Assembly (NCBI GenBank): GCA_000320545.1
Contig: ADNK01000875.1
Span: 62,001-126,000 of the forward strand
DNA from: Bigelowiella natans CCMP2755
Lineage: Eukaryota; Protista; Cercozoa
DNA length: 64,000 nt
Reading direction: 5' to 3'
The position numbers were made by a program, and so were the translations under genes. Below the pieces are notes generated by a model, which did not search any database, was not told the origin of the DNA, and was given only the letters and a program-made list of their open reading frames with translations. This document shows positions 38,439 through 52,687 of the stretch, piece by piece (the stretch's first letter is position 1; each line of letters begins with the position of its first letter).

Positions 38439-39317
38439 GTAGGCGTCGGATTGTAGAAATACTGTGTGTGCGGTGGGTCAATTTTCCGTGATTCATTCAA
38501 ATTATCCATAGCTAGTAGCGTCCAACATGCGGTGTTTAAGCTCTAGGATTAAGTCCATACTTTCTGAGCTTCGTATAAATTTGAAAATGTAACGAGGTAG
38601 GAAACAACATTTTTTTGAAATGTCCTCCAGCTATCTTCTACCAATAGCAATTTCTTATTTTCCCTCTACGGTTATTGTAACATTTTGCATTATCTGCTCG
38701 ATCCAAATTCTTTTGAAACCCTGGATGAAAGTTTTGCGAAGCGCTGCAAAGGGTGATTTACCAGATACTTCTTCCTCTTCTGATACCGATGTATCAAATA
38801 TGAACGGATGGTAAGAATCACTGGAGTATGCCAAGGCATCAAGTACTGACTGAACTGCATAGGTGGGCGAGTCCACTCCCCTGGCTGGCCGGTGCGGATT
38901 TTCATGTGAAAGGGCTTTCCAGGTTCTTAAAGAGATTCCCACCAAAGCCATAAGTAAAATAAGAGTCCATAAGGTTTTCCAAGGAAAACCTCTGGTTGAA
39001 TGGCGAGGAGTACCGAAACCCACGATAACATCTTCGACTATTTGATCTTTTCCATCATCGCTCCGTTCTTCTTCAGCCCCGCCATCCCAATCGCTGCCAA
39101 TTGCTCCTACCTCTAGCTGAGACTCTAACCTCAAATTTGGCATCGATATAGCTATGGAACTCGACTCTGCTAACATGACGCTGGGCCTTTCGTCTTGCAG
39201 GGGCGGGGCATTGGTCATTTGCGTTCGGGGTGCTCTATTCTGCGCACTGGTCTTCACAGAACTGCCTGCTTGTGGCTGTACGTGTTCGTAATATATCCTT
39301 CTTACTATCATTTTCAT
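38439..39317 (-). CDS. Hypothetical single-pass membrane protein
   Basis: 220-aa ORF with one TM segment (WKTLWTLILLMALVGISL); probable short last exon. Confidence 0.5.
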
Positions 39318-39520
39318 GCTTCCAGTATTGTCGCATCAAGTTTATCTAGTCCATTTATGAATGTTCACGAGTAATAATGGAGCACCCACATTCCTTAAGG
39401 AAGTGCATGCGATTTTGGTTAAGCGTCAGAGATGAAAGGTTGCCGTAGTATAAGATTGGATGTCTTTTTGTGCTCTTTTTTACTGTACGATTTCGAATCT
39501 CCCCCTCTCAACCACGAACT

Positions 39521-41638
39521 ATGGGCCTGCAAAGCAGCATTGAGGAGCGTGAAGACGTTGTGACACTAGACCTCCTCGATGGGGAGAGGGGTGCTGCAGG
39601 GTCGCAGATGGCCCCTGTCAGCAGTATCACCTTCTTCACTGGCAAGGCACCAGAAAAATATCTCAGGGAAAGGGTGAAGGTACCAATTACGTCATCCTTG
39701 TTCTTTCTGCGATGGTGGTATGTGAGAAGAGGGGGTTGGGGAGATGAGTGTTGGCGTACGATAGAAGCGGAGCGGTACCAGAAATGTGGATGATTGTTAC
39801 ATTTTTGTGCTCATCGAATATCTAACCAAAATTTTTCAATCTTCATTCCCCGCTCGCGCAGGCTATAGTCGCGGCGAATCCGTGGCTTGGTGGCCGTCTA
39901 GTAAAAGTTGATGGCGTGAAAAAACTCGTGTATCCCAAAGCCAATAACCATGGCGATCGTTTGTTCAGAGTATTGGACATTAAACTGAATCAACTGACTA
40001 ATGTCTCTAAGATGCAAACCGTTGCCTCGTAATGGCTAACAGAGATTTTATAAAAGAAGTGAGATTTTTCTTGAAGTAGAAAACCATCTTAACTGGTCAG
40101 TGGATTCAGTCGTATCCTATCGTCCTCTTATTGTGCGCCTGTGTATGTGTATATGTATGGAATCTGAAGGGACGCTTTGGTGAAGAAAATGGCTCTGATG
40201 AGTCAAGACGATCCAGTTTTTAAGACTTCCCTCGTAAGGGACTACCAAGATCCAGATCGAAAATATGCCATAATTGTGTCAATGAGTCACAATGTTGGCG
40301 ATGGTCACACTTTCTACAGGTGACCACCTGATTTGTTGATTCACCTAATTAATTTGAGGTTAATTTGTCGTAGCATCTACAAAATGCTCTGCCAAAAGAG
40401 AAAGGTTGATATATAAAGGCAACTCTTGTTTACCATTGAGTGCAAAATGCGCATCTTTAAAAAACCGCTTCTCAACATTAGGTGTTATCAATCAGTCCAA
40501 AGCGTAAGCAAGAGGTAATTAAGGCCTTAGAGGAAAAGGTTGACGCTGATGCGCTCGCCTACAGTAAAAGTGCTAGCTTTATCATTGGCCTTCTTCTCGG
40601 TCTTGTAAGAAAAGCCATCTTCGGCGTTAGCTATGAAGTAGGGATGCATCAAATCAATAAATCTTTCATTGATAAAGAAAAAACTCGCTATAAAGAAGAG
40701 GAGAATAGGGTACTATTTCGACAAAATTTCAACTGGTCACGTTTACCCCTCTCATTGTCCATATCTTCGCTCAGATGAATGTAATCTGTTGCTTTTCTAT
40801 TCACTACTCACTTACACTCAGGAGCAAAAATTCCAGGTAAAGGAAGGCAAAAGTGTGCCGTCTCCTCCCTTCATCTCTACCAACGATATTGTAACTTCAT
40901 GGCTTCTTCGCGCAACAAAACCAAAGATGGGTTGGATGGCGATTAATTGCCGTAACAAGATCAAAAACTGCATAGATAGCGACGCCGGCAATTATGCTAC
41001 AATCCTGATGTATAGACCGCGCGACTTCGCTTCGCCCTCCCTTATTCGTCGTTCCGTTGGAACTTTCCGTCGAGCTGCAAAGCCGAGCACAGTGCTTCCG
41101 GGAACATTGGAAACATTGAGAGGCCAAAAGATCTTCGTTGTCACCAACTGGACAACATGTACGATCTTGAGATGTGCATCTTCTCACATGATTCGACCGC
41201 TTAGATCTGCATGTATCTGTTAACAATATCATTGAAAGCATAATTTGGATAGCATGTGTTGCGACAGTGATCATTTCAAACTATCTCCTCTTTTTGCGTC
41301 ACTCTGATATATAGTTTACGGTGATATTTCACTTGAGGGCTCTACGCAGGAGCTCCACTTTCCGTTCATAGATTATTCTGAGTGTGTTGATACGATTGAG
41401 TTCGGAATAATTTTCAAACCCAAAAAAGGTGGTGGTCGCATGTATGGTGAAATAAATTATTGTGATTGAGCGATATCAGATCCCTTTTTATAACTTGTAC
41501 CTACCACATTACTTAAAAGACGCGACCGCTCTTCTATACTGTGGGCGTCCTGGTATTGTGGAGGCTATAAAGAAGGCCAACGAGGGAATTCTGGACGAAA
41601 TCTTCATTGAATATCATAGTGCCAAAAGCTATCTCTAG
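39521..41638 (+). CDS. CoA-dependent acyltransferase-like (HxxxD) protein, multi-exon
   Basis: AANPWLGGRL, IVSMSHNVGDGHTFY, FISTNDIVTSW, VVTNW. Confidence 0.8.
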
Positions 41639-41659
41639 ATCTAGCAGCTGACTAATTCT

Positions 41660-42068
41660 GGGTACAATGTGAACAAACAACTACATTCTATCGATGGCGA
41701 TCCTAATCTAGTAATGTGCAAAGCTGCGGCTACAGCGCTTGAACTGTGTTTGTTAGTGTATAAGTGTTAGTTATTCGCCACTTGTGTTCCATATTACATG
41801 TAAAAACAATGTTGTTGTTGCGGACGTTTCAGAAATTTTCTATCCTGATCGCGCGCGGCAAATTCGTATTATCTCATAATCGTACTGAAATAACATAACA
41901 AGTAGTTTTTCTCGAGTTTTCGTAGATGGATGTTCGAAGATGGGGACTGCATCGCATGCACTAGTGCTTGATTTGTATCACATTCTGCATGCTTCGAATA
42001 CAGCTACATTAGGATGACCATTGAAAAAATTTAAACATTTCATAACATTCGTCTCATGCTTCGAATAC
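41660..42068. repeat. Two further copies of the short SINE-like repeat
   Basis: 41660-41736(-) and 42002-42054(+); the latter is flanked by the 14-bp direct repeat CATGCTTCGAATAC. Confidence 0.7.
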
Positions 42069-42390
42069 GTACATCGAATACATATACTTTGTCTATAGTG
42101 AACTCTTCACTTTGCATGCTTCTCGTGCTAGCTAGCTAGCGTGCTTTGGCAAATGATGATGACTACATGTCAAATTGCGCTGCTCATAATCATGCTGCAT
42201 TGCTAGCAGAGATGCCGTGTGTGTGACAGTTCGGTTCTAGCACAAAACTATGCATGGCGGCGTTGCATCGCATTATTGCACATATACACCATAGCTGATT
42301 TCGTATGTTGTGCGACTTTGAAATCCAATAAATCTAAGATAGCATCGGAGCTGCATGTAACACATGCCTAACTAGTATCGATTGTAGAGC

Positions 42391-43100
42391 TTAGCATTTC
42401 TTGTCAACCATAGCTCGCATTATAACTCCCAACCCACACTTCTTCACGAGTTCCTGTCAACAAAGTCATCGTTGATGGAAGACCACTGAAATAACACATA
42501 AAATATACAACCTCATGCCACTTTAGGAACTTTTGGCAAGCTTTGCCTTTGTTTACATTACGGTAGATGTCCATTCCTAAGTGAAAAACATCGTCTTTAA
42601 GTGGAGCTCAATATGTTTGTGTGCGTTTGTGCGTGCGTGGTGTGGTGTTGCATACACACTAATTTTCTACCCAAAAATACTACCTTTAAATGTATATTTC
42701 ATCAATGTATCGCAATCTCCATCCTCGCTATTTTCTATGAACTTTGCTATATTTGATACTCCCGCCATAGCTGCGCAGATATTTTTTGCAGCTTCTTCCT
42801 GTGTAGTTGAATGCAAACCGTGAAAGAACTGTCTATCAAATATGGGAAAATGATCATATTGTTTAAAACATCTGTATACCTTCACTTTTTGGTCCTTTGT
42901 CTGGATTGGCTTCTCGATCGCTTTACGGAGAGCTCCACTGTAATCTCCCCTAGGGGCATATGTCAGTAAAATGGATAGTGTATTAAGAATCATCAATTTA
43001 AATCAATTGTGATATTTTTATCTATTCATCGTGTATCTTGTATCATGTACCCTTGCATGCTTTGTTTACACGTTTCAATCACCGGTTCAAGTTCTTCCAT
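42391..43100 (-). CDS. ARPC5: Arp2/3 complex subunit 5 (p16)
   Basis: GDYSGALRKAIEKP..TKDQKVK, DTLMKY.FKGM, LKWHE.LVKKCGLGVIMRAMVDKK. Confidence 0.9.
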
Positions 43101-43699
43101 TTTTATCCTAAGGCAAACCAAAAAAGAACTGGTAATAAATCGATAGAGCGACTCCTGAACATCTCCACGAAAGATGCTTCGAAACACAAAGATAGATACA
43201 ATCCCTCAATGCAGTGTAGGTAAACGTGAGCCTTTACGCGATGTTGACAATAATCAAATTCACGCTTGCGGTTTGCCCTTCAACGATGTCGTTCAATACA
43301 CTCATCCTCGTGTCGGAGGAACCCACTTTGTGCGAAATTACACACTCCCGTTTCATCCCTCCTCGTAATAGACTCCGCTCACTAAAAATGAAAGATCGAC
43401 AAGTCTAAGTCGGGCTAGCGTACCGTAGCGATGAATCTCGAGGGGAAAAAAATGGAGGATTTTCCACAGCAGGCTGTGTGACTCTATAACAAGATTGCTG
43501 AGCCCAAGGTGAGAGTGTGTGTGCCGTCCCTTTATACCAGAATTACCACGACTGTGATGTCGCACAATATATTCCCATGAGAAATCTCTTCATTTGTAAG
43601 ACCATCGGAGAGACTTCTTCTGATTCGTGTAATTTTCAGTTCTCCGACTACTAGATGAATTGGTGTGCTCGGAGGAGAAATTATAAAGACGTCACGTAA

Positions 43700-45314
43700 A
43701 ACTACATGTCGCTAAAATAATTTGTCATCTATTCGAGGCCAGTTTGGTTGAGGAAAATTTGATGACTCTGATATTCCAGATACGGACAACTTAAAAAATC
43801 GGAGTTATGGGGTTCACAATGAACGACAGAATGTTGGATAAATTGGTCAAAGAAAGATCCTTCTGGTTTTATCAAAAATGTGAGAATAGTTTTTGCAGAA
43901 GTTTTCCCGATACTTTTTTTAATATGGGTCTATTCTTCCCACTTTCCAAGTAGCTGCTATCTGCCACCTAATTTTCTACTCACTAGGGATGCATTTGGGA
44001 TAAGCGACTTGGCAAATTGAACACCATACCGGGGAAAATCTTGTTTCGTTTTGCAAGCTACCATCGCCGAATCGATCAAATCTGGAAATAGCGTCTGCAC
44101 TACCTCCCTACGAGCTGTGGAGCTAACCCCGAAAGAAGCCTTCCCCAACGGCCACGGCTCTAAACATGTAATCAAATCATGTGCAAATAGAGGGTTGCTT
44201 TTTAAGTGGGGATACGGGAGTTTAATTGCTCTTGACTGACCAAGGAATGAAACTGAGAGCAAATAGGAAGTAGGATGGATTGCACAAGCATCCGACTATT
44301 ATGAAAAATGTGCGGTTAAGCCTATGGCTGTTACTTCACACTGTCTTATCATTACAATTATTTGTGTTTGTAACCACTTGAATCAATGGTATATTCATTG
44401 TTTGTTGTGTCTGTTGTAGGTTGAAGAATGAATATAAAAGATTCCTTCAACATAAGGTAATGAGCGAGTACGGGAACTCGAATCGATATGTTTTCTGCCA
44501 AACCGCCTTATGCCACTGTTCTGTTCAGGATCTCTGTTCATTCAACGAGTTTGCAGGTCTAAGACGACCAGGTAAGCCACATTTAACTAACATCATTATG
44601 TTCCCTCTAATCTATGCTCCCTCTTATTTTTAATCAGGAAACTATGCCAAAGGCGTCTACCTTAGTAAGACAGAGACCAAACGAAACATGTGTCAGTATC
44701 AGGTTCAAACTTACGCATATTTTGACGGAATAGGAGCAGCACGACAAGCATAACCCCCATAATTCCTACAGGAAAAGGTGATACCGCGGTCCCTCTATAA
44801 GCTCTCTACAGAGGTATACGACATATACGACATGAATAGACCATACATGGACTCACAGCCCCCTATCTATATTTTCCTATCACCATCATATTCACTATCT
44901 GTGTATTAGTTCTGTGGAAGCGCCAAGGAATCCGATAGAATAAAGTCGCAGGCACCAGGGATTTTCAAAAGTAAGTATAATCTATGACTGTTATGCGTGT
45001 GTGGATGTTGGCGGGATGTTTCGTTTATCTTTTTGTGCTATGGTTACTTGTTTCAGATATTCTCATTTACACTGGAGTAGCAGAAGCCAAAAAAACATCG
45101 GTATGATGCTTGACCTAGAAGAATCACAAATTCATTAGTAATATAATAATAGTATAGCAAACATTATAAAAAAAATTCGGTAGCAAATTTAGAAATATCT
45201 GATTTGAGGTTTTTGTAAGTCTGATAAGAGGGTTGAGATTGCGAGTGGAATTCTGAGGAAAGGAGCTCACGAGGAAAAACTACGGTGCGCTCTCTCTCTT
45301 TCTCTCTCTCTCTC

Positions 45315-45353
<39 letters not shown>

Positions 45354-45359
45354 CTCTCT

Positions 45360-45402
<43 letters not shown>

Positions 45403-48400
45403 CTCTTTCTTTCTTTCTTTCTCTATTTTTCCCTCTGTGCGTGTGTGCATATTAGGCTAAGGGTGATTGTGTGTATTCTATGGATGTGATATGTCATCTG
45501 ATGCACAAGTTTATTCGTCGTTTTCTGGTAATCATGCGATGTACCCTCATGATGGATTATCATTCTCGCGTGTTTCTCCATTCATTTGACTCGCAGCGAT
45601 GAGATTTTCTGCCAGCTGATAAAGCAGACATCAAATTGTCCGAAACCTGATGTGGAATTGAAGGTACTTGACTAAGTAGAGGAGATGGTGAATGTATAGG
45701 ATAATGATTACTCCATCGCGTGCATCTTCTTTCTTTAGGGTTGGCAGCTACTGTACTGCTGCGCTCGATCGTTTCCCCCCTCTGGAGATTTAAAGCCATT
45801 TATTATGTCCCATGCTGCAAATCAAGCTAGTGAAACAGTGCCCACAAAGGTGGGGATCACGGCCAACCTTAATGTGCACCCGTACCCCCATGAAACAATT
45901 AGGAATCCCCATGATGATGATATCGTTATTGTGTCTATTTTTGTCGTATAGGATGATGCACCTGGATTGGACACTGTGACTGAAATTGCGACAAATATGT
46001 TCCTTCTGTTGAGTAACAACCGGTATGTTTCCCACAATTCATACAAGTGATTTGCATGCATGTGCGTTTACCGAGTGTGAGTCTATTTCACACCATCATC
46101 CCCATTATCACTCTCATTCATTCACATCTTACGTGTATCCTCTCCGTGTATGCAATAAAGGTTTTATAAGTACAAGCCTCGACACGTATCGGATGCACTT
46201 TTGAAAGAGATGGTAGCGCATGGCCTCTGCGTTAAGCTTCTTCCGAGGGTGAATGACTATCAGATAGATATACATGAATAGAAAGGAAAGCACGATAGAT
46301 ATGATGGTACTGAGGAACGGATGCAGAGGCATTCATCAAATTGATGGAAAGAGGAGGAGGAGGATGGCAGTAGCTACAGTAGTGTGTAAAATTGAAAATT
46401 TGTAAAAGAAAAAGGAAGAGTGATTATGCACAACTGTGTTCTCTGCACGGCTTGCGAATGATAATCTACCCCACCCCTCTTCTCGTATAGTCGATCGCCA
46501 TCCGCCAATTGATTTGTTCGCGACGACGATATAATCATCAGGTTCCATGGGAAGATTATACACAGGAAGATGCGGGTTTGGTCGAGCAGCCCAAAAAACA
46601 GCCAGTAGTGCACCTGAGGTAGGCTCTGCTTCAAAATCGTCAGCTTCCTTACTTCGTAGTAGACTTCACGCGGCTAGATCATTCCCCCTACCTTTGCCTT
46701 CTGCCATTCCCTTCTCACTCCTCGTTGCCGTTTCGAAGATCCCGTCGCCGTTGCTAGTTGATGAGCTATATTGTTAGATATTCGCTATCGTCACTACATG
46801 TATGTGTGTCAATCAAGGCGAGTAAGCACATTGGAAGCACGCAGGGTGGTTTCACCCCCTAAAGGTAAGTTTGGGATACTACTACTACTACCACTACTAC
46901 TACTACTATTGTTAGAATGATCTCCTTCGTTCATCATCCCCATTGAGAGGAAATGACGTGACGGCGGTAGTGTGATAAATAGAGTATGAATGGGTAGTGG
47001 TGTCGTGCGTTACGGTGAGGTGCAGTGGCATGCGTTGCTATTGCTGTATTTTTTGTCTTATTGCGATGGTTTGATGATGATGATGATGATGATCTTTTGC
47101 TCAGTTAAGAAACACGGTCGGTCAAGCACGATGATGAGTATTGGCAGCAGAGGTAGTAGAGTACCTCCTGACACAACCAACGAATAATAATAATTAGAAT
47201 AATTGGAACATTAGATTAAGCTGCCATTTTATTTCACCCAGCAATACTTCCTCTCACTCTCTCTCTCTCCCTCTTGAGTAGTATCGGTTGGCCCCCCTCC
47301 AATACCGTATTCCGGAGAGAAAAAGCCGAGTGTGGTCCCACCTTCTCGAGTTAACCCAGCGCTTTCAATAGCCAGGTAATGACGTGTCTTAGCCACACAA
47401 AATAATAGAGATAGAGACGAATCAGCAATAAATAAATGCTGGATGTCGCTTTCCCCCTCTCTCTCTCCCACTTAGCACGGATAGCGCGCCTGCCCCACCG
47501 CCCCCCTCTCAGTTTCTCAATAGGGTATGTATGTATATATGTACGTACGTACGTAGCAGTACAAACGATAACGAGGGAGCTGCTTCTTATTACTGTTTGC
47601 CGCGATTACGAAGGCAATCACCGCCAAAACCCATCTTTAAGAATAGAAGAGAGAATAGAGAGGGGCGAAATCGTACAGACATAAATAGCTAGACGGCTGA
47701 TTAAAGGGATATCACCAAAGATGAGCTAAATCTTTCTTTTCACTAGCCTTCCTCTTCTTCTGCGTCACCAGAACCTCCTCGAATTTCAGGTCAGTCATGC
47801 AGTACCGAACATTCTATGAGCGAAGAGAAAAAGAAAGAAAGAAAGGAGAGAGGGAGAGAGAGGGGAGGGGGGGGGGATAGCTTGTACACACGGACTACAA
47901 CTAATGCACTTTAAAAACACACATTCAAATGTCTATGGAATAGCATTATATATTTTGGAGAGTTGACTTTAGAAAATGTAACAACAACAGATGGTAGTGA
48001 TGCTGGAAGCCCTCTCCCTCCCCCGCCTCCTGAAGAAAAAGATGGTACCACTTACTAGCTACTGACTCCATAACAACGCTAACCATAGTAGTTTCTTCCA
48101 CAAATTTGGGTGCAGAGCACAACTTGTGGCGTGTGTGCGTGTGTGCGTGTGTGCGTGTGTGCGTGTGTGCGTGTGTGCGTGTGTGCGTGTGTGCGTGTGT
48201 GCGTGTGTGCGCGCGCGTAAAGTTGGTATAGACAAACCGCTTAATTGACCTTCGACTGTTCCCCAACCAGAATCTCCATCAATACCGGCACGGCATTCGG
48301 AGGTAGTATGAGTGTGGACGCTCCTCTATTTCTCCCCCCCCCCTCCCCCAACCCTCTCTCTCTTTCTGTCTAACTATTCCCCTTCACCGTCCTTAGGGTT

Positions 48401-49603
48401 CAACTGTGGCGCCTCCACCTGTGCCGTTGAGGAGCGAAGATGATACTATTGATTCTCCAAGTAATCTACTACTACTTTCACTACTCGGTGGCTTGCTTGC
48501 TTGCTTCTTCCACCGTGCTGCTGCTGCTTGCTGCACGTGAGGAAACGGAGGACACTTTCCCTTTTTTCATTAAGTGAAAAATGTTGTCCCGAGATAATTG
48601 GGTTAGCTCTTTGTCATCGGATGAAGAACAAAAAGAAGAAAAGGGGAAGGGAGAGCGGGGAGTTGTTAATAGCCGGTGTTATTGTGCTTTTGAGAGTGGT
48701 GTACGACTGACTCGAGAACTGATTAAACGTGCACTTATCTCGAATTATACTTTAGCTCCAGCTCCTCCCCCAATCGCGGAAGAGAAAGCTCAATCGCCAC
48801 CGCCCCCCCCAAATCCCTATTCTGCTCTTCACTCACCTCCAAGTACCAACTTGGTGCCGCCTCCCCCCACCGATGACAGCGCGAGCGAGGATGGAGGAGA
48901 CAGATCACCAATGGCTCCAACAGTACCAGCTGTAGCGGCACAGAAGGTAGATGTAAATAGAGATGATAGCAGAGTTTGATATTACAACAAGGAGGACGAG
49001 GAGGGAGGAGAACGTGTGAACTTAAATGTTATCAGCATTACTAGTAGCATGGAGGATAATCTCCGTCAGTCGTCCCTGAAAGATAGCTGTTATTGTTATT
49101 ATTATTACTATTACTATTACTGCTGCAAGAGTTCTACTAGTGAGAGGGATAGAGTAATAGAGTTTCTGTTTGTGATGATGATGATGATGATGACAATGAG
49201 GATGATAACGAATATAATGTTTCTTAGAAACAGGAAATACAACCTCCACAAGCTCCCAAGCCTATTGCGTAATACTCGACTATGTAGCAATAAGAAATCT
49301 GTGCCCACACTTCGATCAATACTATCTTTAATCATATCCGCATGAATTCTCTTCATAATAACTATACTCGTTTTATCCTCCTGCCTTTGCTCCACCACTA
49401 CTATCACCAACATCATCATCATCCACATCATCATTATCGTCCTAATTAGTCGTCACTCAACTCCTCGTTGTTGCTGTCAATAATTCAGATATGAAGATGA
49501 CAGCAAACTGCTACCTCCTCCTCCCCCCGATGATGACGAGGATGAGGTATTTATGGAAAAGAGAATATTAAGTACACTTCTAATCACGCGCTGGAATTTC
49601 TCT

Positions 49604-49641
<38 letters not shown>

Positions 49642-50933
49642 CTAGCGTTTGTGCATGCATGTCTCTACTTCTCCTTGCCTTCTTCCAAGGTGCCATTTGG
49701 AATGATGTTATGGAAGCTGACTGAATGACTGACTGACAATAGGAATCCGAAGAAGAAGACGTACAACAAAAGACTCGGCCTCCAAATGCAGCTGCCGGTG
49801 CTGCAGTGTCCTCATCATCAGCAGGGGTAGCAACTGCTGTATCAGGCATCGTGAAGCCAATGGAAATCAAAACGACCGCTCCCGAAATAAAGAAGCCCCC
49901 TGCTGGCCCCGGCAGCAGCATTAACACACCTCCTCCTCCACTTATGTCAATTAATAACCTAAATGCTGGAACCAAAAGCAGCGCAGTGATGCCCACGGCT
50001 TCGCACTCCCTTTCCTCGGCTTCATTGTCAAGGCCACAGCAGACAGAAAGGAAAATCTCTGTGAGTAGTCGCACACTCTCCCCATCTGCGACTTCCTCGT
50101 ATGCAGGTGGTGGCAGTATGATCTCAATGGGAAATATCGATATTAACGATGATGAAGACGAGAAAGGTGCCGATAATATGAAACGATCGTGCGCATATAT
50201 TGCACATCGCATATGTTTTTTTTTAAAAACGTTTCCATTTTCACAGGTGTTGCATGCGAACCGTGCGTGACAATAGATAAATTGCATGCGATACTGAACA
50301 AAAAAATGTATATTATATGCAATCAGATGCTGAGATCAAAGAGCAATTCTCTACCGACGAGAACAAGGTGAGAGGGATAGAGATATTACTGACTGATGAG
50401 ACACTTCTATACATGATCGTTTCAATAGTTTCTTGAATCATATCGGGGGTGTCGTGGTACAATGGTACAATTAATAATTATTACTTAGGATTGGGGGGGA
50501 ATGCCGGGAATACTGATGCCCCCACCACAAGAACAACTCGAGAAGCAGGTACATTTTTTCCACACTCTGATTAAAATAAACGACTTCAGTTCACTCAATT
50601 AGACCATCAAAATAAAGCATTAGCACCGTCGTTTGTTCTTAATCTCCCTAAAGTCTTTTGATGTCCTACAGATTGATAAGAAGAAGGAAGGAGAAAAGAA
50701 CAGCAACAAGAAAAAGGAGATGCTACTAAAACGAAATCCTGCCATCAAAGATGCTTCGGAAAAGGCTGAAATAGCTGCGGGTCTACCATTCTCCCCATTC
50801 TCCTCCATAATCTTACATGCTCTCTAATTTAATCTCTCTTGAGACATTTTGAATGTAATATTTCGTTATTTTCACAGGCATGGCATTTGAGTTAGGAGAG
50901 CTATTGAAATTTGCAAAATCTGGAGACTCCTAA
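43700..50933 (+). CDS. MyTH4-domain protein with long Pro/Ser-rich C-terminus (multi-exon; 5' end uncertain)
   Basis: IPRSLYKL...IFKNILIYTG, DEIFCQLIKQTSNCP (45598-45663), GWQLLYCCARSFPPS (45739+); poly-Pro exons 48745-50140; stop 50931-50933. Confidence 0.72.
48129..48212. repeat. (GTGTGC)n hexamer microsatellite in an intron
   Basis: About 13 near-perfect units. Confidence 0.9.
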
Positions 50934-51157
50934 TGAAAATAGAAGGATGGCAATGTCATCAAGGCCTGAAGTTGCGTTCTTTACTATCAGAACCCCTAGC
51001 CCTATCTTCTATGCTACGTACAATTATACAATATTAATGAGAATCTTTTAAAACGTTTTACTTGTTGAACTTTAAGATGTCATGCCATATCATGTGGTGT
51101 TTGTGTGGACTGTGTGTACTGTGTGTACTGTGTGTACATACTGTCTGTCTGTCTGTC

Positions 51158-51199
<42 letters not shown>

Positions 51200-51554
51200 G
51201 TTATTTTCGCGCGTGTAAACTTGACAGTTTGCTTGCAGCATCGCCAGCCCAACATTATACTAGTATACGACATGCAACTCATAAGCTAGCAATGCCACGA
51301 TGTATGCGCTAGACTATATAGCTAGCGATAGGCCAGGATTGTGATCAGATTCTCTAGTTCTGGCTACATGCACACGACATGCAGCTGACAGACAAAGCCT
51401 GCTGCTAGCTAGCTGCTAGCCTGCTATGGTCTTGCGACCGATCTTATCCATAGTTATGCGCATAAATGCTCGATTTGCTACGTGCGTGCGTGTTCGCATT
51501 AGCTTATTCATTTGTGATCGCTATAGCGCAGATCGATTTGCGCACAACATGCCG

Positions 51555-51664
51555 CATCGATCTCAAGTGGCGGTAATCTGCAATGACCTAGTGACGTACG
51601 TGTTCATTACATCCGTCTCATCGATCTCAAGTGGCGGTAATCTGCAATGACCTAGTGACGTACG
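51555..51664 (+). repeat. 46-bp direct repeat flanking an 18-bp SINE-like fragment
   Basis: 51555-51600 is identical to 51619-51664. Confidence 0.9.
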
Positions 51665-52199
51665 ACGCATCTCTAGATCTCCTATGCTAGTATGTCTAGA
51701 TCTAGCTAGCTAGAGATGTGCGTGTGCATGCATCATAGATATCACGCAGCAGATGCATTCATGCGATGCGCGGTCTGGCTATCTATGCTACTAGCGATGG
51801 TCATTCATGTCAAATTAAATGTAACGTATAAGAAATCTAGAGATATATGCAACATGCGTAATGTACTCTTTTTGTTTGTACAGCTCTAGCTAGCATAGCA
51901 GCAGAACCAATCGCGCCGCTACATGACACCGCGATGTGATGTTTGTTTTGTTTCGCGCACAAATGCTAGCATGTGCAGCTAGCTAGCTAGTAGTGAAAAG
52001 CGTTAGCACAATCTTTATAACTAGCTGCCGAATATTTAGATACGTCTAGCTAGATCTGTGCTTGTGCTGTGTTCATTGTTATTGTCATATTCTCGAATCA
52101 AACCAAATTATTAATGAAAAATATGTATGTGTAGTTATATAATGTAGAACTATATATCTAGTATGTATGCACATACTCTAGACACTTACACACACATTA

Positions 52200-52268
<69 letters not shown>

Positions 52269-52687
52269 TTGTGTGTGTGTATGTACTTATATATAAATAT
52301 AATATCTCTCACTCTCTCTCTCTCCCTCTCTCTCTATCTGTGTATTATAAATCTAGATATCTCGCGTTTATGCGTTTATGTGTATGAATCGCATAAGTAA
52401 AAATGCTTGTGGATTGCATGGTTGATATTTAATGTTTTAAAATATAGAGTCATTACATGGTCCATCTTGACCTGCAATTCTGTTTTTTAGTAGTATTGCT
52501 ACATGAAAACATGGGATGAACACCAGTACGTGCAATACATTTCTACGCATTGCAATGAATTCCTACGCAAAGCACGAACAGCTTTTATAGCAAGAGGGAA
52601 ACAAGATGCTTAGCATAGGGTGAAGATGATATGAAGCCACTCAAGTCATAATATGCCTTCGCGTGGACTCGCAGAAACTAGCCTCAT

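Noticed and set aside
51555-51664. CRISPR-like repeat-spacer-repeat
   Set aside because: Only two repeats, a eukaryotic context, and the spacer is a fragment of a local repeat.
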